From Chloroflexota bacterium (GTDB taxonomy: Bacteria > Chloroflexota > UBA11872 > VXOZ01), in the NCBI GenBank assembly GCA_964291655.2, contig OZ219801.1:128001-192000 (forward strand): a stretch of 64,000 bases of DNA, written 5' to 3'. The notes under the pieces are model-generated. The model was not told where the DNA came from, ran no database searches, and was given only the letters and a program-made list of their open reading frames with translations. Below, one piece after another: positions 10,539 to 20,765 of the stretch. Position 1 is the stretch's first letter. Each line of letters starts with the position of its first letter. The translations under genes were made by a program, and so were the position numbers.

Positions 10539-13322
10539 CTATTCTTCCTCAGCGGATCGGCTGCCCGCCAGCAGATTTCGCAAGACATACTGCAACACCC
10601 CGCCGTGAAGATAGTAGTCCACTTCGATGGGAGTGTTGATGCATGCGGTCGCCGAAAATTCTTTTTCATTTCCACGTGCGTCACGTGCACGCACTTTCAA
10701 AGTCTTGCGCGGCGACAATCCTGCTGCGATGCCTTCGATAGCATAGGTCTCCTTGCCGTTGAGGCCTAGAGACTCTGCATCTTCGCCTTCCTCATACTGC
10801 AATGGCAAAACGCCCATGCCGATGAGATTGCTGCGATGGATGCGCTCGTAACTTTCGGCGATAACGGCGCGCACACCGAGGAGCAGCGGACCCTTGGCAG
10901 CCCAGTCCCGGCTGGAACCCATGCCATAGTCCTTACCCGCAAGGAGGACAAGGGGCACCTCGTCACGCTCGTACTGCTTGGCAGCATCGTAGATGGTCAT
11001 TTCTTCTTCGCTTGGCAGGTGAAGCGTCCAGCCGCCCTCTCGTGAAACGAGTTGATTGCGCAGCCGCACATTGGCAAACGTGCCCCGCATCATGACCTCA
11101 TGGTTGCCCCGGCGCGAACCGTAGGAATTGAACTCCTTGGATTGCACGCCCTGGTCGATGAGGTACTTGCCCGCGGGGCTGTCTTTGGCGATTGAGCCTG
11201 CGGGCGAAATGTGATCGGTGGTCACCGAGTCGCCAAGCACCGCCAGCACACGCGCGCCCGCAATGTCGATCGGAGAGCCGGGCTCGGCCGCCATATCTGT
11301 AAAGAACGGCGGCTGACGCACGTAGGTAGACGATGGTTCCCACTCGAAAAGCCTACCTTCCGGCACTGCCAGGGTCTCCCACTCAGACATTCCCTCGAAG
11401 ACTTTGTCATATTGCGAGCGGAACATCTCCGCATCCACCACACGCGTCATTGCGTCGGCAATTTCGCGCTGGCTCGGCCAAATGTCGCGCAGGTAGACGG
11501 GCCGTCCTGCGCCATCGTGTCCGATGGGTTCGTTCGTCAAATCCGTATTGACCGTTCCGGCCAACGCGTACGCAACCACGAGAGGAGGCGAGGCGAGATA
11601 TGACGCCCGCACCAAGGGATGAATTCGTCCTTCGAAATTTCGGTTGCCGCTGAGCACCGCCGCCACTGCCATTTCGTGATCGCTGATCGTCTCTTCAAGT
11701 GGAGAAGCCAGCGGGCCGCTGTTGCCAATGCAGGTAGTGCAGCCGTAGCCTACGAGGTGAAAGCCAAGCGCTTCCAAATGCGGCACCAGGTCGAGCTTCT
11801 CTAAGTAGTCCATTACTACGCGCGAGCCGGGGGCCAAGCTCGTCTTTACCCACGGCTTGCGGCCAATGCCGGCGGCGACGGCATTCTTCGCCAAGAGGCC
11901 CGCGCCAATCATGACGGCAGGATTGGAGGTATTCGTGCAGCTTGTAATGGCCGCGATCACCACTGCGCCTTCGCCAATCCTGGCAGGCACGCCATCCAAC
12001 GAGACATCAACGCTTGCGGACGGATCCGCGACCGCAACCGAGCCGCCAGGTTGCGCAACTGTTGCCGCGACGCCGTTTCCTCCCCCACCAGCCCCGTTGC
12101 CATTGGTCTGTGCAAACTTGTCCGGATACGCCTCATGAAAGCTCTGCCGCACGCCGTGCAACGGCACACGGTCTTGGGGGCGTTTGGGTCCGGCCAGACT
12201 TGGCTCAACCGATGACAAGTCAAGTTCCAAGATGTCGGTAAACACCGGCTCCGCATCGGAGGGTCGGTAGAACATACCTTGTTCCTTGCAGTACGCCTCG
12301 ACGAGTTTAACCAGGTCTTTATCGCGCCCGGTAAGGCGCAGGTAGCGGAGCGTCTCGTCGTCTATCGGGAACATTCCCACAGTCGCGCCGTATTCCGGGG
12401 CCATGTTCGAAATCGTCGCGCGGTCCGGCAAGCTCAACGATGCCATGCCCGGGCCGCAAAACTCCACGAACTTGCCCACAACCCCATGCTGCCGCAGCAT
12501 CTGTGTCACGGTGAGTACGAGGTCGGTAGCGGTAGCGCCCTCCGGTAGCCGGCCGCTGAGCCGAAAACCGACCACATCCGGGACTAATAGAGAGATAGGC
12601 TGGCCGAGCATCACCGCTTCGGCCTCAATGCCGCCCACGCCCCAGCCCAGCACACCGAGACCGTTGATCATTGTCGTGTGGGAGTCTGTGCCCACGAGCG
12701 AATCCGGGTACGCCGTGAGCTCGCCGTCTCGCGCATCGGCAAAGACGACTTTTCCGAGATATTCCAGGTTGACCTGGTGAACGATTCCTGTGTCCGGCGG
12801 TACGATGCTGAAGTTGTCAAAAGCCTTCTGTCCCCAGCGCAGAAACGCGTAGCGTTCCTGGTTGCGGGCAAACTCTCGCTCGGCATTGATGGCGAAAGCC
12901 TCAGGCATACCGTACACGTCCACCTGCACCGAATGATCGATAATGAGATCGGCTGGTTGCAAAGGATTGATGCGATTGGGATCTCCCCCTAAGTCGCTGA
13001 TTGCTTCCCGCATCGCCGCCAGGTCTACCACCGAAGGCACGCCGGTAAAGTCCTGGAGGATCACGCGCGCAGGAGTGAAGTTGATCTCTCGCGCCTCGGC
13101 TTGATTTGGCTCCCAATTCGCAAGGGCAACCACGTCGTCGCGCAGCACCGAATGTCCGTCTTCGGTGCGCAGCAAGCTCTCGAGCAACACCTTGATAGAA
13201 AAAGGCAGCTGCGCCACGTTCCCAATTCCCAGGTCTTCAAGCGCCGCGAGACGGTAAATTGTGTGGGCGTTCCCACCAATAGAGATCGACGACTTGCTGT
13301 CAAAGCTATTCACAGTGCTCAT
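10539..13322 (-). CDS. acnA: Aconitate hydratase AcnA
   Basis: ARVILQDFTGVP, DHSVQVD, GTDSHTTM, AITSCTNTSNP, GYGCTTCIGNSG, GSSRDWAAKG. Confidence 0.97.
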   Translation of the reverse strand: MSTVNSFDSKSSISIGGNAHTIYRLAALEDLGIGNVAQLPFSIKVLLESLLRTEDGHSVLRDDVVALANWEPNQAEAREINFTPARVILQDFTGVPSVVDLAAMREAISDLGGDPNRINPLQPADLIIDHSVQVDVYGMPEAFAINAEREFARNQERYAFLRWGQKAFDNFSIVPPDTGIVHQVNLEYLGKVVFADARDGELTAYPDSLVGTDSHTTMINGLGVLGWGVGGIEAEAVMLGQPISLLVPDVVGFRLSGRLPEGATATDLVLTVTQMLRQHGVVGKFVEFCGPGMASLSLPDRATISNMAPEYGATVGMFPIDDETLRYLRLTGRDKDLVKLVEAYCKEQGMFYRPSDAEPVFTDILELDLSSVEPSLAGPKRPQDRVPLHGVRQSFHEAYPDKFAQTNGNGAGGGGNGVAATVAQPGGSVAVADPSASVDVSLDGVPARIGEGAVVIAAITSCTNTSNPAVMIGAGLLAKNAVAAGIGRKPWVKTSLAPGSRVVMDYLEKLDLVPHLEALGFHLVGYGCTTCIGNSGPLASPLEETISDHEMAVAAVLSGNRNFEGRIHPLVRASYLASPPLVVAYALAGTVNTDLTNEPIGHDGAGRPVYLRDIWPSQREIADAMTRVVDAEMFRSQYDKVFEGMSEWETLAVPEGRLFEWEPSSTYVRQPPFFTDMAAEPGSPIDIAGARVLAVLGDSVTTDHISPAGSIAKDSPAGKYLIDQGVQSKEFNSYGSRRGNHEVMMRGTFANVRLRNQLVSREGGWTLHLPSEEEMTIYDAAKQYERDEVPLVLLAGKDYGMGSSRDWAAKGPLLLGVRAVIAESYERIHRSNLIGMGVLPLQYEEGEDAESLGLNGKETYAIEGIAAGLSPRKTLKVRARDARGNEKEFSATACINTPIEVDYYLHGGVLQYVLRNLLAGSRSAEEE

Positions 13323-13537
13323 CAATTCCCTCGGATCACGTACCAAAGAATTCCAATACAGGTCTGAGGCTCACTCAGAGTTCTGAGTAGAGGATACTAT
13401 ACTCCGCTCATTTCAACACGTGATACGGTTGTACGGACCTTGTTGCCTCCCTACGGTGCTTCTTGTAGCAGGGGTGTTTGCGGGGTATAGTGAGCTCAAT
13501 TGGGCGCCAGACCACCGAGACATGGTGGAAATGCACA

Positions 13538-14368
13538 GTGAAACTCTCCCTGTCAGGTAGAATCGCCGAAGCCGAGGACGTAAAGGACTTCTCTTCTCTC
13601 GACTTTGGCGGCTTGGTGCAGCTTGCCGCCCGTGTCGGCTTCAACGCCGTTTGCGTGCGGCCCACACATCTATCTAGTGAAACTCCGCTTGAACGCGTGC
13701 GCGAAATGCGTGCCATCCTCGAGTGTCACGGATTAGCGGCCTCGATGGTCACCGCGGACTCTCGTGTGTCACGGGAAGGCAGCGTTCCTGACTCAGGCGC
13801 CCCGCTGCAAAATCTCGGACCAATTCTAGAACGCGCCAACGCTCTCGGTGCAGACCTCATTCGCGTGGGCGTGAAGAGTGTGGACGACGTGGTCTGGGCG
13901 CAGCGAGCAGCGGACCAAGCCCGCGAACTCGGCATTCGGCTCGCCCAACAGACTCACACCGGCACACCGTTTGAAACCGCCGCGGGCTGCCAGGAAATGA
14001 TCGCACGCATCAACCGAGCCAACTTCGGTCTCGTCCTCGAACCTGCAAACTTTGCGCTCTGTGGAGAGGACTATGGCGCGGCAGCCTTGGCTCCGGTCGG
14101 CCCGTCCGTCTTCAACGTCTATGTGCAGAACTTGCGGGTCACAGACCGCGGCGATTCCTCCGTCGAGACTAATCGCGGCAAGGTACGCTATGAACGGCTG
14201 ATAATTGGCGACCCGGCGGGAATTGACTTGCCGCGATTCTTTGACGGGCTTTCCGCTATTGCATATCACGGCTATGTGACCTCTCACCAACCCGCAATCC
14301 CGGCACTTTCCGAGCGCAGCCTGTGCGATCAGGTGTATGCATCGCTTGCCCGCTTCGTAGGTTCCTAG
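13538..14368 (+). CDS. Sugar phosphate isomerase/epimerase (TIM barrel, AP-endonuclease 2 family)
   Basis: KLSLSGRIAE, QQTHTGT, NFGLVLEPAN, YHGYVT; GTG start at 13538. Confidence 0.8.
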   Translation: MKLSLSGRIAEAEDVKDFSSLDFGGLVQLAARVGFNAVCVRPTHLSSETPLERVREMRAILECHGLAASMVTADSRVSREGSVPDSGAPLQNLGPILERANALGADLIRVGVKSVDDVVWAQRAADQARELGIRLAQQTHTGTPFETAAGCQEMIARINRANFGLVLEPANFALCGEDYGAAALAPVGPSVFNVYVQNLRVTDRGDSSVETNRGKVRYERLIIGDPAGIDLPRFFDGLSAIAYHGYVTSHQPAIPALSERSLCDQVYASLARFVGS

Positions 14369-14635
14369 TGCCAGACCCAAACCCGCATAGTTCGTCTCTC
14401 TGACGTCAGAGAGAGGCTCCGATAGCTCTCCCCGTGTCCATCCGGAATTCAGGACAACCGAGTATTCTTCGGGCAGATAATTGCAAAGTATCTGTGTTCG
14501 CAGCACGCGACTAAGTTAAAAAAGCCTTGCGGCCTTGATGCAGCCGGCACTAGGTGACGCTATACTAACGACAATAGTCATTCCGCGTAGCACCGAAGCT
14601 CAAAATAGCAATTCTCACTATGGGAGGAAAAGGCC

Positions 14636-15052
14636 ATGGCATCGACTCTGGTTCACGTAGGAGTGCGCGCCAGTGACATTGACAAGACTATTCACTTTTG
14701 GCGTGACGCGCTCGGTCTTGAAGTAGTCAACGAACTGCACCACGGCTTTGATCTCAGTGACGGCTATCACAACTTTCGGGTCTTTCAACACGAGGGGCCG
14801 GACCGTCCGGCGCACGTGTCCGGTATGCTGGACTATCTTCATATTGGTGTGAAAGTTTCGGACTTGGCAGAGGCTGCCACACGGCTCGCCGACTTGGGGT
14901 ACGAGATATTCTGGGAAGGCGTGAGTGAAGGCCAAGAGTACTCGTACGACCCGTCCAAACCGCCTTCCGGCTCATTCAAAGTGGAAGACCCCGACGGTAT
15001 CGTGGTGGACGTCACCGCGAGCAGCGACCAGTGGCCGGGGGTGGACCTGTGA
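14636..15052 (+). CDS. VOC/glyoxalase family protein
   Basis: HVGVRASDIDKTIHFW, HIGVKV, EDPDGIVVDV; GGAGG RBS. Confidence 0.88.
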   Translation: MASTLVHVGVRASDIDKTIHFWRDALGLEVVNELHHGFDLSDGYHNFRVFQHEGPDRPAHVSGMLDYLHIGVKVSDLAEAATRLADLGYEIFWEGVSEGQEYSYDPSKPPSGSFKVEDPDGIVVDVTASSDQWPGVDL

Positions 15053-16146
15053 GCGAGCAGTATCGGGTTGCCATCATCGGTACCGGCCGCATGGGCGGCC
15101 TCATCGAAGACGAGCAGGACATCCGGGGGTTCATGACGCCTTACGGCCACTATCCCGGCTATGCGTCCATGCCGGAGACGACGGTCGTCGCCGTTGCCAA
15201 CCGCGGCAAGGAGCGCCTTGAAAGATTCTGCAAGCGATTTGGTTTCTCCAACGGTTATCTCGACTACCGTGAGATGATTGCAAAGGAAAAGCCGGACATC
15301 GTCAGTGTTACCACGCCGTCATTTGCGCGCGCCGAACCGATCATATTCTGTGCCGAAAACGGCGTGCGGGGAATCTTTTCCGAAAAAGGTCTGTGCGCCT
15401 CGCTGGCAGAAGCGGACCGCATCCACGAGGCGGTGACGCGCAACAACGTCGCCTTCAATTGGGGCACGCAGCGGCGTCATCACGATGCTTACAAGCGGCT
15501 GCGCGCCGCCATTCTGGATGGAGCCATCGGCAAACCGCTGCACGCATTTGTGTACTTCTCCACGGACATCATCAAGCACCATCCACACACCATAGACGCT
15601 GCCAACATGATGCTAGGTGACCCGAAGCCGACATGGGTCGAGGGACGCTTGGTTGATCCCAGCGATCCACGTGTCAGGAACAACGAACGGGCGTCGGCTC
15701 CTTATGACTCTGAGAAACACGCCTTTGTGCCAAAGCAAGGCCAGGAAATTGCCGATCCCTTGGTGGACTTCTTCCGCATTGGCTACGAGACCGGTCAGGA
15801 AAGCTACTTTATTCCCACGCCCGGCCCGTTTGACGTGGAAGTACGCGGCACGGAGGGGCGTGCGCTTGCCTTGGACAACGGCATCAACACGCGCATACAG
15901 CGGCCGCTGCGACGCGGCGATGAATTGGAAGAGACGATCATCCATGCCATTGGCGATGGGCCGACGGTGACGAACATCCGCAATCTCATCCGCGAGATTG
16001 AGACCGGCGAGCGGACAGACGGCAATATCGACCGCGTCATGCAGACCGTGGAAGCCCAATTTGGCGTAGCGCATTCTTCGTTGCAAGGTGGCGCGCGCGT
16101 GTCGCTGCCGGTTGCTGATAGGAGTCTTTATATTCCGGGCGGCTAG
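15049..16146 (+). CDS. Gfo/Idh/MocA family oxidoreductase
   Basis: VAIIGTGRMG, KPDIVSVTTP, FSEKGL; GTGA overlap with the VOC gene stop. Confidence 0.88.
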   Translation: MSEQYRVAIIGTGRMGGLIEDEQDIRGFMTPYGHYPGYASMPETTVVAVANRGKERLERFCKRFGFSNGYLDYREMIAKEKPDIVSVTTPSFARAEPIIFCAENGVRGIFSEKGLCASLAEADRIHEAVTRNNVAFNWGTQRRHHDAYKRLRAAILDGAIGKPLHAFVYFSTDIIKHHPHTIDAANMMLGDPKPTWVEGRLVDPSDPRVRNNERASAPYDSEKHAFVPKQGQEIADPLVDFFRIGYETGQESYFIPTPGPFDVEVRGTEGRALALDNGINTRIQRPLRRGDELEETIIHAIGDGPTVTNIRNLIREIETGERTDGNIDRVMQTVEAQFGVAHSSLQGGARVSLPVADRSLYIPGG

Positions 16147-16239
16147 AGTCCGGCGCGTTAACTCGCAACAATTCCAGCCGATTGTAAACCTCCGCACTGG
16201 GGAAATCAAGGCAAACGGTTTGGCGCGATTGTAGATTGC

Positions 16240-16330
16240 CTGTCATTCCTGCCGATGGTTTGTAACTCAGGCATTGGCCGGGGTCCAGAGACAAGGAGTA
16301 GATAGATTTCCGCTTTTGCGGGAGTGACAG
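16240..16330. repeat. Degenerate GTCATTCC...GGAATGAC-type palindromic repeat
   Basis: tgtcattcctgc ... gcgggagtgaca arms; related to 35311-35340 and 60736-60800. Confidence 0.5.
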
Positions 16331-16455
16331 TTAGAGGCGGCATCCGGAAACTAAATTCAGCTACAAATTATGTAGATGTCGTCGGAAGTTTCGGTCAGAA
16401 GAGCAGTCTAGACTAAGTGGCATTAGGTGGCCCGTAAGCATGAGGAGTAGATAGG

Positions 16456-17532
16456 ATGGCAAAGACTTACCGCGCAGCGCTTATCGGCTGTAGCCGCATG
16501 GGAGCTTTCATAGACAACGAAGTGAGATCAAGCCGCTCAATAACGCTTCCCTACTCTCACGCTGCGGGCTATGAGGCATGTGAGCGTACCGATTTGATTG
16601 CCGGCGCTGATTTGCGGCAGGACGTGTTGGAGCAGTTTGGCAGCCGCTACAATGTGAGTTCCGACCACTGGTATACGAACTACCGCGACTTGATTGCCAA
16701 TGAGCAGCCGGACATTCTCAGCATTGCCACGCAACCGGAGCAACGCTGTGAAATCATCCTTCATGCAATTGAGCAAGGCGTCCGCGCGCTCTATGTGGAA
16801 AAACCTCTCTGCGCCTCGGTAGCGGAGGCCGAAGCCATACGCGACGCTGTCCGTGCCAACAACGTAGCCTTGAACATGGGCACCAATCGCCGCTGGCACA
16901 ACGGCTTTGAGGCGATGCGCGCCAAGATCAACTCGGGCGACTTTGGCGATCTCCGCACGCTCACCATATTCTCTACGGGAAGCTTCTTCAATACGGCAAG
17001 TCACTTCTTCGATCTCCTGCTGTATCTCAATAGCGATGTCGCGCCCAAATGGGTGCAGGCCTACGTCTTTCGTTTTGACGAGCTCGTCGTGGGCACGGAA
17101 GTGCGCGACGATCCCGCGGGCACGGGCACCATGATGTTTGAGAACGGCGTCTTGGGCTATGCTCTGGACGGTTCCAGACGCACTGAGTTCGAGGCAGTGT
17201 GCGGCAACGGTGTAATAACGGCGTTGAACAATGGCGCAGAAATTCGCACGCGCACGCAGGCGCCGGACTCATCAGCAGACGGGCCAAATCTAGACTTTGA
17301 TGAGGCAAGCAGCACGCTGAACCTCGTCAACGATCTTGTGCACGCGCTGGACACGGGTGAGCCAGTTCGTGGAGGGTCTGCCGTGGCCTATTGGAACACC
17401 CAGATCATTTTCGGGTTCATCGAGTCGCATCGGCGTGGAGGTGCGCGAGTCGAGCTCCCGTTGACTAACCATGACTTGCGATTCGTCCGGCACGACCACG
17501 TGGCACGCCAGCCGAAGTACGCACCCGGCTAG
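16456..17532 (+). CDS. Gfo/Idh/MocA family oxidoreductase (tandem copy 1)
   Basis: ALIGCSRMG, YVEKPL; GAGGAG RBS. Confidence 0.9.
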   Translation: MAKTYRAALIGCSRMGAFIDNEVRSSRSITLPYSHAAGYEACERTDLIAGADLRQDVLEQFGSRYNVSSDHWYTNYRDLIANEQPDILSIATQPEQRCEIILHAIEQGVRALYVEKPLCASVAEAEAIRDAVRANNVALNMGTNRRWHNGFEAMRAKINSGDFGDLRTLTIFSTGSFFNTASHFFDLLLYLNSDVAPKWVQAYVFRFDELVVGTEVRDDPAGTGTMMFENGVLGYALDGSRRTEFEAVCGNGVITALNNGAEIRTRTQAPDSSADGPNLDFDEASSTLNLVNDLVHALDTGEPVRGGSAVAYWNTQIIFGFIESHRRGGARVELPLTNHDLRFVRHDHVARQPKYAPG

Positions 17533-17572
17533 AGCCATGCAACCGGCCTCAGTCATTCCCTGCAAATGTCAG

Positions 17573-17816
17573 GTAATTCGTTGACAGATTTGAGAACAAA
17601 AGCAGCTGAACGCAGTACTCTACATGAACAGTACACATGTCATTCCGAACGGAGCGCAGCGAAGAGTCGCTCGGAGCGCGGAATCTAAGATGTTGAGCCT
17701 ATCGGGCGACACGTTGCATGGGCCCTAGATTCCGCGAACAGGGTTCGACGCTCCGCTCGGATTGACATGATCTGTCAACACTGCCAATTTGGGAGAGAAT
17801 TCTGTCAACGAATTAC
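17573..17816. mobile_element. MITE-like element with 16-bp perfect terminal inverted repeats
   Basis: gtaattcgttgacaga (17573-17588) / tctgtcaacgaattac (17801-17816); internal atgtcattccgaacggagcg...cgctccgctcggattgacat palindrome; no ORF. Confidence 0.65.
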
Positions 17817-18120
17817 TCAACACATGCAATTCCCCGCGACAGTGGGGGTCTTGGAGGACGAACAAGAGGCCGCTGAATCCTAAATGGTGGCGTGGATGAA
17901 AGGCGATATTCAGGTGGGCCCGCTAGATCTAGTTTACGGGCGCTAATCAGTGGTACAAGCCAACCTGCCATGGCGAATAAGATGGGTTCCCGCCCTCATG
18001 GAAACAACGGACTCAGGCTGCTTCTGTCCTTCGACAGCGAAGACATAATGGCCGAGACTCCAGTGCCGTGAATCCATAGCTGCTGCCACTGCGCAATGCT
18101 TCATCTGAGGGGTTTCAACT

Positions 18121-19197
18121 ATGGCAAAGACATACCGCGCCGCGCTTATCGGCTGTAGCCGCATGGGAGCATTCATCGACAATGAACACCAAGGCATACC
18201 CTCGATACCGCTGCCGTATTCCCATGCCGCCGGCTATGAGGCCTGTCCACGCACCGACCTCGTAGCGGGCGCCGACCTTCGTTCGGAAGTGCTGGCAAAG
18301 TTTGGCGAACGCTACAACGTGGGACCAGATCATTGGTACACTAATTACCGCGAGTTAATTGCTAACGAACAGCCCGAAATCCTCAGTATCACCACGCAGC
18401 CGGAGCAGCGTTGCGAGATAATTCTGCATGCCATCGAGGCGGGTATTCGCGCGCTCTATGTTGAGAAACCGCTCTGTGCCTCGGTTGCGGAGGCTGAAGC
18501 CATCCGCGATGCTGTGCGCGCCAACAACGTCGCCTTTAGTATGGGCACTAACCGACGCTGGCACTATGGATTCGCGGCAATGCATGCCAAGATTCACTCC
18601 GGGGACTTTGGCGACTTACGCACTTTGGTCAACTACTCAACTGGTCAATTCTTCAATGGATTTAGTCACTTCATCGACCTATTCATGTTTCTCAACAACG
18701 ACGTGACGCCGCAATGGGTGCAGGCCTTTGTCTTTCAATTTGATGAACTCGTTGTGGGCACCGAGATACTGCAGGACCCGGCGGGAACAGGCACCATAAT
18801 GTTCGAAAACGGCGTCCTCGGCTATGGGCTGGACAGTTCCAGACGTGCCGAGGTCGAGGCGGTATGCGAAAGAGGTATGATTGCGGCGTTGAATAACGGC
18901 GTGGAATTTCGTACGCGCAGCAAGGACATGGACTCGTCGGAGGACGGGCCAAATCTCGACTTCGAACAGAAGAGTGCGACCCTGATCCTCGTTGAGGACA
19001 TCGTATCTGCGCTTGACACGGGCGAGCCGACCCGCGGCGGCGCGGAGGTGGCGTACTGGAACACCCAGATCATATTCGGTATGATCGAGTCGCACCGCCG
19101 GGGCGGCGCGCGTGTCGAGTTGCCCTTGACCAATCACGATCTGCGTTTCATCCGCCACGGCCACGTCGCAAGCCAACCAAAGTACGCGCCCGGCTAG
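18121..19197 (+). CDS. Gfo/Idh/MocA family oxidoreductase (tandem copy 2)
   Basis: Same 358-aa length and colinear with 16456-17532. Confidence 0.9.
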   Translation: MAKTYRAALIGCSRMGAFIDNEHQGIPSIPLPYSHAAGYEACPRTDLVAGADLRSEVLAKFGERYNVGPDHWYTNYRELIANEQPEILSITTQPEQRCEIILHAIEAGIRALYVEKPLCASVAEAEAIRDAVRANNVAFSMGTNRRWHYGFAAMHAKIHSGDFGDLRTLVNYSTGQFFNGFSHFIDLFMFLNNDVTPQWVQAFVFQFDELVVGTEILQDPAGTGTIMFENGVLGYGLDSSRRAEVEAVCERGMIAALNNGVEFRTRSKDMDSSEDGPNLDFEQKSATLILVEDIVSALDTGEPTRGGAEVAYWNTQIIFGMIESHRRGGARVELPLTNHDLRFIRHGHVASQPKYAPG

Positions 19198-19496
19198 GTT
19201 CTACCGGCAATGCAGGTAATTCCGATTGGAAGTGAGGAGTCTAGAGCCGCTCAGGTACTGACACTCGCACTTGTACTTAAGCATGGCACGAACATCAACG
19301 GATAGCGAGCGACAATAGTTCGGAAGTGTCGCCTCTCCGCGCAATCGCACAATCAATCTTCAAGTCAAGACAGATTCTCGCTTGCGTAGGACTGACGGCG
19401 AACAGTTGTTTGGTGCCGTTGTCTCGGTCCCCTTAAGCGATGTGTGCGAACAATTGGAGAGTCCGACATTTTCATGTGGAGAAAGGCGAGAGCAAT

Positions 19497-20474
19497 ATGG
19501 CTGAAATGATGTGGCGAGTCGCCAAGCATGAGGGTTTAGGCAACATTGTCATGGAGCATGTGCCCATACCCGACCTCGGGCCCCATGAAGTGCTCGTGCG
19601 CGTTCACGCCAGCTTGATTAGCCGCGGATCGGAACTTTGGCGACGCTACGTCATGCCCGGCCCGGTCGACCCTGGCTCAATGGGGTATTCCACGGCAGGC
19701 ACAATCGTGCAAGTTGGCAGCGACGTAACCGGATACGCGCCCGGCGACCGCGTCGCATGCACGGCGCCCCACGCTGAATTTGCGATAGGTGACGTGAGTT
19801 CCACCGCGCGCAAACGTGTGACGCCGTTGCCCGACGACCTTCCCTTCGAGAGCGGCACCTTCCAACCTCTATCGACCAGCGCATTTGGCTGGACCGCGAC
19901 CGCGGGAATTTTGCCGCAACATACCGTAATTGTCCTCGGCCTTGGGTTGGTGGGAAACCTGGTGATGCAGGCCGCCACCCGCTTTCTGCCCGCGCACCTT
20001 TGCGGAATTGACATGCTGCCTTTACGGCTTCAGCTAGCAGAGCAATTGGACATTGGCGAGATCATTGACGGAACTGCTCACGATCCGGTGCGAGCCGTCC
20101 TGGAACGGACTAAGGGCAATGGAGCCGACATCGTTATCGATTGCGTAGGCGGGCGCGCAGGATTAGAGTCGTTTCGGCAAGCGCAAGACATGCTCGTCGC
20201 AGGCGGTCTGCTGCAACTCATTGGCCTCTACCACGACGATCCCTTGCCGCTCGATGCGGGGAAAATACAGCGCAAGCGGCTTATTGGCGGGTACCTGCCG
20301 GACACGGATGTGGAGGCCATGGCCCATGCGGCGGTGCGGTCGTTAGCCAGCGGCCTCATTCAATCCACGCCGCTGATTACCCACCGCTTCCCCGGCAATC
20401 AAGCAAAAGAAGCCTTTGACCTACTCTATGAACGACCTGATGACGCCATGGGCGTAATTCTGGAGTGGACGTAA
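19497..20474 (+). CDS. Medium-chain (zinc-binding family) alcohol dehydrogenase
   Basis: SLISRGSEL, MGYSTAG, GLGLVG, GADIVIDCVG, PLITHRF. Confidence 0.85.
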   Translation: MAEMMWRVAKHEGLGNIVMEHVPIPDLGPHEVLVRVHASLISRGSELWRRYVMPGPVDPGSMGYSTAGTIVQVGSDVTGYAPGDRVACTAPHAEFAIGDVSSTARKRVTPLPDDLPFESGTFQPLSTSAFGWTATAGILPQHTVIVLGLGLVGNLVMQAATRFLPAHLCGIDMLPLRLQLAEQLDIGEIIDGTAHDPVRAVLERTKGNGADIVIDCVGGRAGLESFRQAQDMLVAGGLLQLIGLYHDDPLPLDAGKIQRKRLIGGYLPDTDVEAMAHAAVRSLASGLIQSTPLITHRFPGNQAKEAFDLLYERPDDAMGVILEWT

Positions 20475-20503
20475 CGGCAAGTAAGTCCCGCCGCCTCCGC
20501 TCT

Positions 20504-20669
20504 GGCAGCGCTGGTTTGCTACCTGCGTCCACACGAACGTACCCGCAGTGTGGCTCTGCGTCCCTCCCCATTCCGGTAGCGCAGGTTTGCAACCTGCGTC
20601 CACACGAATGTACCCGCAGTGTGGCTCTGCGTCCCTGCCCATTCCGGTAGCGCAGGTTTGCAACCTGCG
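20504..20669. repeat. 71-bp tandem repeat carrying a REP-like GTAG palindrome (2.3 units)
   Basis: ggtagcgcaggtttgcaacctgcg-like units at 20504, 20575 and 20646 with near-identical spacers; a further copy at 7810-7831. Confidence 0.85.
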
Positions 20670-20765
20670 CCCGAGAAACCTCAACTAGCGGCTTGTGCGC
20701 CGCAGAAATTCGTCTACATCGCTGGTAAACGCCACCTGTGGTCAGATTCTCACGAGGAGGTCTGC

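Noticed and set aside
20504-20669. Possible mini CRISPR array (24-bp palindromic repeat x3)
   Set aside because: The two 47-bp spacers are nearly identical and no cas genes are present; it is a tandem REP repeat
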